From IMG/VR virus record IMGVR_UViG_3300031555_001876: a stretch of 64,000 bases of DNA; one strand, given 5' to 3'. Positions 56,737 through 64,000 of this stretch are shown here, piece after piece (within the stretch, counting starts at the first letter, position 1; every line of letters starts with the position of its first letter). A program made the translations under genes and the position numbers. This DNA comes from a virus. The notes below the pieces were generated by a model. The model was given only the letters and a program-made list of their open reading frames with translations. It was not told where the DNA came from and did not search any database.

Positions 56737-57852
56737 TTAGCCAACGAAACTATTTTCGTGTAAGGGTTCATGGAAGGTCTGTGTACGAACCATATCAGTA
56801 GACAGAACATCTTCGATGACCTGGATAGCAGCCATAACTTTCTTGGTGCTATCGAAACGAGTATAGCCGGGGAAAGCGTCAAGAGTAAAGGTGAAGGTTG
56901 AGGGGTCACCACTGGAAGCCATAGAGAAGGTGAAGTTAGACTGTACCTTGCAGTTAGGAATGATAAATTCAGCAGGCAGGTCAACACCGTCTTGGTTACG
57001 GAACAGAGTGGAGGCTTCTAAATAGAAGTTGCCGCCGAAGGATTCAGCAGTAATTTCAATCTGCTTTACGTTGGAAGCCTTTTCAGTATAATAGTCAACC
57101 AAGAAAGTAGAAACACCCTGAACGAACATATTGCTCATTAAATATTCATCATTAATTTCAGTGAGATTATGAATCTTATAATCTTTATCATCCTGATTAA
57201 CATAATTATATTGAGATTCTTCAGAAGCATCTTTCTTCATAGGACTCTTTGGCTGAATAGTAATAGCATACTTTTCAGGTAATTTAGTTTCAGAAGCATC
57301 TTTAACATTTGCCCACTTGCTACCATCCCAATAAACTTCAACAGGGTCAGCAACTACAGGTAAATAAGGTTCAGAAACAACTTCACCATTTCTCATAGCC
57401 ATAACATAAACGTAAGACTCTTGTTTTAAATATGCTCCACCAATCTTGGGTCCCATATAAGGCTTCTGACTTAAATAAATAGTAACGCCAGCAGTCTTAT
57501 CTTCAGGGTTATAAGCAAAATCAGTAGTAGTTTCAGTAACGTGCTGCTTAATGGTGTTAGAAGAGTCGGCTTCAATCAGACCTGCGCCGGCCAGAATCAT
57601 CAGACCTTCAGGAGAAATCAGAGCATCTTCCATAGTGAAAGTTAAGGTCTTTTCGCCGTCCCAGGAAACTAAACGAGCATTGCCGCGTCCGCCCTGTGCA
57701 TAAACAGTGGTAGAAGCGCCTTCTAAAGTAGAAGTCTTTAAAGTATCGAAATACATAACGGGTTCATCTTTATAAAAGATTTTATGGCCAATTTTCATAG
57801 GAGCCTTGGCTTTTAATACGACGTCGCATATTTCGCGAATACCATATTTCAT
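56737..57852 (-). CDS. major tail (tube) protein; no TAG codons
   Basis: 371 aa. It has a strong RBS AAGGAGGAAAAATACTT, a GC-richer TAG-free coding sequence, and lies upstream of the chaperone/TMP region. The assignment is positional. Confidence 0.45.
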   Translation of the reverse strand: MKYGIREICDVVLKAKAPMKIGHKIFYKDEPVMYFDTLKTSTLEGASTTVYAQGGRGNARLVSWDGEKTLTFTMEDALISPEGLMILAGAGLIEADSSNTIKQHVTETTTDFAYNPEDKTAGVTIYLSQKPYMGPKIGGAYLKQESYVYVMAMRNGEVVSEPYLPVVADPVEVYWDGSKWANVKDASETKLPEKYAITIQPKSPMKKDASEESQYNYVNQDDKDYKIHNLTEINDEYLMSNMFVQGVSTFLVDYYTEKASNVKQIEITAESFGGNFYLEASTLFRNQDGVDLPAEFIIPNCKVQSNFTFSMASSGDPSTFTFTLDAFPGYTRFDSTKKVMAAIQVIEDVLSTDMVRTQTFHEPLHENSFVG

Positions 57853-57876
57853 AAGTATTTTTCCTCCTTAAATTGT

Positions 57877-58572
57877 TTAATGAATATTCTTCATCCAATT
57901 TTCAACTTTTTTGTCGCTTTTAGCGCCAGCAAGTTTTCCTCGGATATCAATATCCCAATTTATATATAACGAATATCTCTCAATTAAGTCATATAACTAA
58001 TACATTGTCAGATTAATACAATCTTCTAGTGACATTGAATTAAGCCCTACAGTAAGAGTGGAAAGATATTGGCTAAATATACTAACATTGGCAGAATCAT
58101 TTAATTCAGCCACACGTTTGCGCCCGCGCATAAGTTTTTCAGCAATCTCTTTTGCTTTCTTATTCGCAGGATTAAAAGTATCTTCTTTTCGTTTTTCGCT
58201 ATCAAAACAAAATACTTTTTCTAAAACTCCCTATAATATTTCAAAATTATCCTCGTCTATCATAGCACCTTCTGGCTAAACTATTAAAGAACGAGGAGTA
58301 AAAACTACTTTACTATTTGGGAATAATAAGGTCAATACTTGCTAAACAGCCGCTTTTTTATCAGCAGTCTATTCATCTTTCATAACCATCATAAATATCT
58401 AAAAATTATTCGTATCTTCCGGTATAGAATTGTCCATTAAAATACTTTTATTTATACATAAACATTGCGCGCCAGTTAAAAAATCTTGTTCACCAATTAA
58501 AGCAATTTCTTTCATTTTTGGCTAATGCACAACCAACTATAATTCGGGAATGGGTAAATCAGTCCCGCACAT
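57877..58572 (-). CDS. hypothetical tail protein (~231 aa); ~7 in-frame TAGs
   Basis: The frame is open between TGA 58609 and TAA 57877. Start candidates are ATG 58572 and 58596. Confidence 0.3.
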
Positions 58573-59176
58573 TAAACCTAATCTATAATCAATCATAAAT
58601 AGGCATTTTCATAAAATTTTCAAGAAACTGCTATTCATCCATTGGATTGGGCATAAATTTTTTATCTTCGCCACCGTGTACAACTCTATATCTTAAACAC
58701 ATACCTGCATATTCATCGTTTTCAATTAATTTAGAATCTAATGATAAAAATTCCATTTCACCCATATTAGTTAAATGCTTTTTATCAAGCATACTATCAA
58801 GTTCAGCCGCAATTCTAAAAGGTCTTAATTTAAAGTCTTTTAACATCCATTGGTCAACGTGACATATAATATCAAATTCAATTATATTATCTCTAAACTC
58901 TGGATTATAAGTTGTCTAAAAACCATCAAAATTAATTAATAAATAATTTTCTACTAATTTATCTACTTTAATTTTTGGAACAAATTTAATATTATTTTCA
59001 ATTAAACTTTGCATTTGTTCTTCATTTAAATCTTTACGATTTAATGCATCTGGCGTGTTATAATATAATAATTTTTGTAAACTACGATTTTCAAAAATTC
59101 TATCCATAATCAAAGCCGCGTCTTTTTCAACTGATAAAAAACTTGATTGTGGATTTTTTACATTTACAATATTCAT
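58559..59176 (-). CDS. hypothetical head-tail joining-region protein (205 aa); 3 in-frame TAGs
   Basis: RBS AAAAGGAG precedes ATG 59176. The gene joins track ORFs 58631..58846 and 58916..59176 and ends at TGA 58559. Confidence 0.4.
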
Positions 59177-59197
59177 ACACCTTTTACTCCTTTTAAA

Positions 59198-60139
59198 TTA
59201 AAACAATGACTCAACTACAATAGTTTTCTTTATATCACCATAATATAAATCAAATTGTCCAGAATAAGAAGAACTCCATTTAATAATTATTTCTTTTCCT
59301 TTTGGAGCAGCCTAAATCGGCAATTTCTTATCCCAAGTCCAAGAGGAATCATTATTTCCTTGATAAGTATAAGTATGAGTTGTTTTAGGTTTTATAAAAG
59401 TATCTCCATCAATTAATTCAGTAATATTTGGGTCGTTCTATTCAGGAATTAAAGCACCCACTAAACCCTTTTCAATATCATCTTCGTGGTCATTTGAATA
59501 ATATTCAACGGCATTTACTTCTATAATTCCAGGAGTACTATATCTATCAACAGCCTCAATACGCCAACACACATCATCACCCTTTAAATAAAATTTAGTA
59601 TAACGCTAGAAGAATTTTTTATTTTCTTCATTATAAGGTACTAAAAAATTTAAAGAATAATTAGGATTGTCTATACTTATTTCGTGCTTTTGAATATAAT
59701 CTATTTTTGTTTCTACAGGACCTCTTAATGCCGCCATTGTGTTATGTAAACCATTATCGTCTTCCCAATTAATTTCATAACTACAACGTCTAATTTGTCC
59801 TCTAAAATAAGCCAATTCAGTCATATCTTGTAAATAAATTAACCAATAAGAATTAGTTCCAATCCATTCAAAAACATCACCGACTTGATAATTATATTCA
59901 TAACCTATAGAAATAATTTTATCATCATAGTCTTGTTTTAATTTATTAGGGTTAATTAAAGCCTTATATTGTAATTCATCGTTTAGTTTTTTTACATAAG
60001 CACCCTAATAAGAATAGTTAACTGCGCGGCTCAATGTTTTGCGCTTATCAATAATCATTCGCTCTTGCTATAAAGATGTAAAAACATCAGGATTTTGATA
60101 TTTATTTAACATCTCTGATTTAACTATTCTTTGTTTCAT
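59198..60139 (-). CDS. hypothetical virion protein (313 aa); 5 in-frame TAGs
   Basis: ATG 60139 overlaps the upstream TAA (TAATG). The frame is continuous to TAA 59198. It includes track ORF 59606..59824. Confidence 0.4.
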
Positions 60140-60453
60140 TAAATCTAAACTGTTAGCCAAGGTTTTAACCCCCTTAACAGGGTAATAGATTCAAAAACGG
60201 TTTTTCGATAAAAATCAAAATCCGTTTCAATATTTTTTAAACCTTCTAATTTACTTAATAAAATTAAAAAGTTTTCATCAATATTAAATATATGATAAAG
60301 ACCGGTAATTTCACAAATCACAGTATCTAACTGCAACTCCCAAGATTCTTCTTTTTCTCGCATTGGGATCAATTTCCATATTTGATTAGTTAGTCTATTT
60401 ATATTTGTCTGAAAATTTTCATCTTCAACAACAAAACCATATTTAGTCATCAA
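60139..60453 (-). CDS. hypothetical protein (104 aa); one in-frame TAG
   Basis: Track ORF 60145..60453 extends through TAG to TAA 60139. Confidence 0.35.
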
Positions 60454-61039
60454 GGGCGCTAACCTCCCTCAATACAGACCAGTTAGATTCTATATAACCA
60501 TCAGCAGTATATCTGCGACGTTTATATAAACGCTACATATGAAATCCCATTCTGCGAATTTCCGTTTTTAATGATAAAAGTTTTGCTAAATGATTTGCTT
60601 GGGAAGTCATTTTAAAATCACTTCCAGAGTATTTCATTCTTGTAACTTCTATCGAAGCAATCTAGCGATTTATCCAAGCCTCTTCCATAAGTAAGGCCAA
60701 GATATTCATTTCTTCATCATTTAAATCAGCATTAAAATAAGAAGTATTCTACGGAGAGAATACTTCTTCAAAGGCTTCATCTATATCTCCACCATCTAGA
60801 ATTCCATCAGGTGTTAAATCTTTTATTGCGCCGCCATCTATAGCGTCTCTGATTGCGTTAGGCGCATCCAATCCGCTTAACACATAATCTAATCTTTTAC
60901 GAGGAAATTCAAAGCCTGGAATTGCATCAATTAATAATTGACGCATATCTTGTAAAGTATCTTGAGGAGTTAATTCTAAATACATATCATCGGTAATTTT
61001 ACCTAGAAATCTTTCATATATATAAAAGAAAGATGTCAT
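60425..61039 (-). CDS. hypothetical head-tail connector-region protein (204 aa); 3 in-frame TAGs
   Basis: RBS AAGGAGG precedes ATG 61039. The frame is continuous to TGA 60425. Confidence 0.4.
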
Positions 61040-61059
61040 ATGTATAAAGCCTCCTTAAA

Positions 61060-61629
61060 TTATTCAGCCTTACTTACTACATTATATTTAGTAGTGGTTC
61101 TGCGGCGAGTAGGAGCCTCTTCAGTCTTAACACGACGTTCGAAAGCCGCAGGTTCGATTTGTCCAGCCTTACTTTCAGCCTTTTCTGCTTCTAAATTCTT
61201 TAAAGCAGTATCAACGTCAAATCCAGTCTTTTCTTTTAAAGCATTGCGCTTATCATAATCCATCAAAGGGACTGAAACCGCAAATTGCTTTAATAAATCA
61301 ATTACTCCAATAGGAGCAAAATCTAAACAATCTAAAAATGCATCTAAAGAGCCATTTTTAATCAAATTAACAATATCTGCTTCGCTCATATAGTATTCAT
61401 TTTCAGGTTGAATGTTTAATTCTTGGATTGCAGCATTTTCAGTAATTTGTAAAAAATTACGCATTAAAGTAGTACCGCCTTGTTGATAACTTAATTTTAA
61501 AAGTTCAACACAAGGAATTCTTTTAGTTTCACCAGGCTGAAATTCTCTACGAATACCATCTTCTCTGATATTATAAACAACCATACTGGAACTTCTATTC
61601 TTTACATTGACAATTCTATTTTCATTCAT
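61060..61629 (-). CDS. hypothetical virion protein (189 aa); no TAG
   Basis: ORF immediately downstream of the capsid gene. Confidence 0.35.
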   Translation of the reverse strand: MNENRIVNVKNRSSSMVVYNIREDGIRREFQPGETKRIPCVELLKLSYQQGGTTLMRNFLQITENAAIQELNIQPENEYYMSEADIVNLIKNGSLDAFLDCLDFAPIGVIDLLKQFAVSVPLMDYDKRNALKEKTGFDVDTALKNLEAEKAESKAGQIEPAAFERRVKTEEAPTRRRTTTKYNVVSKAE

Positions 61630-61714
61630 TTCAATAATCTCCTTTTACTCAAAAACAATAAGGGGATGGGGAAATCCCCATCCCCAAATAAAATATATAT
61701 TTAGTTAATTAAAA

Positions 61715-62854
61715 TTAGCCTTGAACGTCTCCGCCATCAACATCATCTTGAGAACCAGTGATGTTACCTGCGTAGTCACGAACATAACCAGTTACACCGT
61801 CTAAATGCCAGGTGACCATATCACCCAGTAATTCGGTGTCACAGTAGCAGCAAATGTTGTTAGCCAGCATTGCTAAAACGCCAACCTTCTTGTAAACGTG
61901 GATTTCACGAGACCAGTCATAGTTGTTATCGCGTTCAGCAACTAAAGTGCCGCCTTCAAAAGCGATCTTAACAGGCTTGCTGTCAGCGCAGGAAGGAATA
62001 ATCCAGCAATAACCGGGATCAATAACCTTGCGGCTATTGGTTCCATCTTCGAAGCCCTGCTCTAAAATAACAACCTTATGGCCCTTATAAGAAGCCAGAC
62101 GACCAGTTCTCCACAATTCATCCTTCATTGCTTCAGTATAACGCCAAGCATCTTTGGGAATCATACGGACAGCAAATTCATAAGTACAATAAATAGTAGG
62201 AGTACCATAAGCGCCAGCAATCATCAGTAACTTGTCGAAAGCAGCCTCATCGAAACCATTAGTAGCAACACGGTTTGCAGGAGGTAACTGATTAATAGAA
62301 GCCTTCAGAGCAGCAGCAACTTCTTTATAAATCAGTTCATCCATACCTTCCATAACAATGCGAGTGACAACAGAGAAGTCAACACGACCATCAAGGAATT
62401 CTTCGAAGCCGATTTGAGCGGCGCCGCCAATAGCACTAGTAGGTACCATAAAGGATTCTTCGCCAGCACTTAACTTAAATACTTCATAAACACCTGCTAA
62501 ACCAATGCGAGTAACGAACTGCTTTGCACGATGGTTGGAGCCGAGTTTTCTGCGGAAGACAGCACGGTCACCCTGTGCGAAAGTCTTAACTTCAGCAAAC
62601 TGGGCATACTGTTCTTCAACTTTCTTAGGAAGAACTTCATTTAAAGTTTCTTCAATAATAGAGAAAATCAGGTTCTTATTTTCACGATATAATGCATAAG
62701 TACCTGCTAATTCATTAAATTCCTGACGTAAAGTCTCATTTAAAGCCTCGTAAGACAGAGACTGTCCATCAAAACTGTAAGCAACAGGAGCAGAAGGGTC
62801 AGCCTTTGCGACCTGTTTGGCAAGAGCAACTAAATTATTTCTATCTAAAGCCAT
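61715..62854 (-). CDS. putative major capsid protein (379 aa); no TAG codons, GC-richer
   Basis: The call rests on size and position downstream of the scaffold-like gene, TAG-free codon usage and higher GC. No diagnostic motif was recognised. Confidence 0.35.
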   Translation of the reverse strand: MALDRNNLVALAKQVAKADPSAPVAYSFDGQSLSYEALNETLRQEFNELAGTYALYRENKNLIFSIIEETLNEVLPKKVEEQYAQFAEVKTFAQGDRAVFRRKLGSNHRAKQFVTRIGLAGVYEVFKLSAGEESFMVPTSAIGGAAQIGFEEFLDGRVDFSVVTRIVMEGMDELIYKEVAAALKASINQLPPANRVATNGFDEAAFDKLLMIAGAYGTPTIYCTYEFAVRMIPKDAWRYTEAMKDELWRTGRLASYKGHKVVILEQGFEDGTNSRKVIDPGYCWIIPSCADSKPVKIAFEGGTLVAERDNNYDWSREIHVYKKVGVLAMLANNICCYCDTELLGDMVTWHLDGVTGYVRDYAGNITGSQDDVDGGDVQG

Positions 62855-62872
62855 TTTTCTTCTCTCCTTTCA

Positions 62873-63670
62873 TTAAGCGATACGCATTAATTTAACACCG
62901 CGCTGATGGTCGGGCATAGTATAAACTTTAACAACCTGCCACTGGATAGAGCCATCGCCGGACTTGCTTAAAATACCATCAGCAGCACGAGGACTTAAAA
63001 CGTCACCGACTACTAATTCTTTTTCCATAACCATATTAGTGGTAAATAAATCACCAGGCATAGTCTTTAATACACGAGGAACCATAACAGTGCCTTCGGG
63101 CATTCTCTTTTCTCTATAAGGTCCTTCAATATGGAAAGGATCTTCATTATAATGTAATTCATAAGGATCGGTAGCAGCAGGAGCAGTAACCTTATCGAAA
63201 GGATAAACCTTACCATTTAATTCAATAGAACTATTGCCTTCTGCGTCGACGCCATTATAATATCTGGTCTGACGGTCCCAAGCAGTATCTAAATCAGCAG
63301 TGGGATTGCCATCCTTATCAACACCATAGCCAAATGGACTATAGATACGAGCGTTGTAATTGTGCTTTAACATAGCAAATTCGCAATCCATCTGCATTGG
63401 GTCACGATATAACTTAATTTCATTAAAGACCATCATCCACTCGCCTGCGCCAGTGAAGTTAACAACACCATTAGCATAGTCATACTTAACGAACTGACCT
63501 TGCTCTAAAATCTGAATATCTTTATTAGCAGGTAACTGTGCATAAACCTGACCATTGCGCTGTGCACTTAAATGGTTGGGTTCTACCTGACCGAAACCAT
63601 AATCAACATATCCGCCAGCGGCTTTAGAAGCCTGGGAGACGAAATGCTGACCAATGAAATCTTTTAGCAT
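62873..63670 (-). CDS. capsid-associated protein (265 aa; decoration protein or alternative capsid protein candidate); no TAG
   Basis: TAG-free ORF lying between the scaffold-like and 379-aa genes. Confidence 0.3.
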   Translation of the reverse strand: MLKDFIGQHFVSQASKAAGGYVDYGFGQVEPNHLSAQRNGQVYAQLPANKDIQILEQGQFVKYDYANGVVNFTGAGEWMMVFNEIKLYRDPMQMDCEFAMLKHNYNARIYSPFGYGVDKDGNPTADLDTAWDRQTRYYNGVDAEGNSSIELNGKVYPFDKVTAPAATDPYELHYNEDPFHIEGPYREKRMPEGTVMVPRVLKTMPGDLFTTNMVMEKELVVGDVLSPRAADGILSKSGDGSIQWQVVKVYTMPDHQRGVKLMRIA

Positions 63671-63689
63671 TTTATATGTCCTCCTTAAA

Positions 63690-64000
63690 TTAATTTAAAG
63701 TTTTCGCAACTGACATTGCTCTCTTAACCCAAGCAGGAGTAGAACTATCATCAGTATCAGTTAGATTAAAAGTAGTAGGTTTATTATCTTTCTTATCTTC
63801 ATCAAGATTGAAATTAACCTTGTTGCGAACACAAATAATAGAAAGTTTTGCTTCAATATCATCTAAAGAATAAGTATCAATATTATCAATAACTTCTTTC
63901 TTATCTTCATCAGAAAGCATATAGAAGTTTTCAATCATTGCTTCTTTTTCTTTCTTCTCAATTTTAGCCTTAAAATCTTTTAAAGAAGAAATTTCAGTTT
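63690..64000 (-). CDS. scaffold-like acidic coiled-coil protein, 5' partial (continues beyond the window end)
   Basis: The frame remains open upstream of ATG 63938 to the window edge (..TEISSLKDFKAKIEKKEKEAMIEN..). The C-terminal region is acidic, as is typical of scaffold proteins. Confidence 0.35.
   Translation of the reverse strand, partial: TEISSLKDFKAKIEKKEKEAMIENFYMLSDEDKKEVIDNIDTYSLDDIEAKLSIICVRNKVNFNLDEDKKDNKPTTFNLTDTDDSSTPAWVKRAMSVAKTLN

Noticed and set aside
29128-62699. Plus-strand track ORFs inside the late region (29128..29412, 34192..34377, 35832..36062, 39182..39442, 43194..43472, 47760..48050, 54486..54728, 58058..58279, 58647..58862, 61040..61258, 62505..62699)
   Set aside because: Each lies antisense to a reconstructed or intact minus-strand gene. 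They have low-complexity composition and no RBS, so they are treated as shadow ORFs.

Overview
This window is a low-GC tailed-phage genome segment, probably from a siphovirus infecting an anaerobic Firmicute. All coordinates were derived by hand and may be off by a few nucleotides. The plus strand from 1 to 28078 carries an early/middle module: a DnaB-like helicase, a DnaG-like primase, a RecJ-like exonuclease, a Dda-like helicase, a DnaE-like polymerase, NrdD/NrdG, dUTPase, a RuvC-like resolvase, a nucleotide kinase, a ThyX-like protein and several GIY-YIG homing endonucleases. Each of its sigma70-like promoters has the form TTGATT-N17-TGnTATAAT. The minus strand from 31947 to beyond 64000 is a late structural operon: scaffold, capsid proteins, major tail protein, a 2878-aa tape measure protein and several proteins over 1000 aa. 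Between the two lie a short leftward block (28124-30944) and a LytTR-type regulator gene with upstream direct repeats. The dominant feature is that TAG is a sense codon, almost certainly Gln (genetic code 15): it sits at the conserved Gln of the GIY-YIG YIGQT motif. The tape measure gene alone contains about 52 in-frame TAGs, so the supplied ORF track is badly fragmented in the late region. I rebuilt those genes by frame-tracking, using only TAA and TGA as stops. Three replication genes are each interrupted by a related group I intron carrying a GIY-YIG endonuclease ORF. The helicase additionally carries a LAGLIDADG intein in its P-loop. No tRNA, rRNA or CRISPR array was found.
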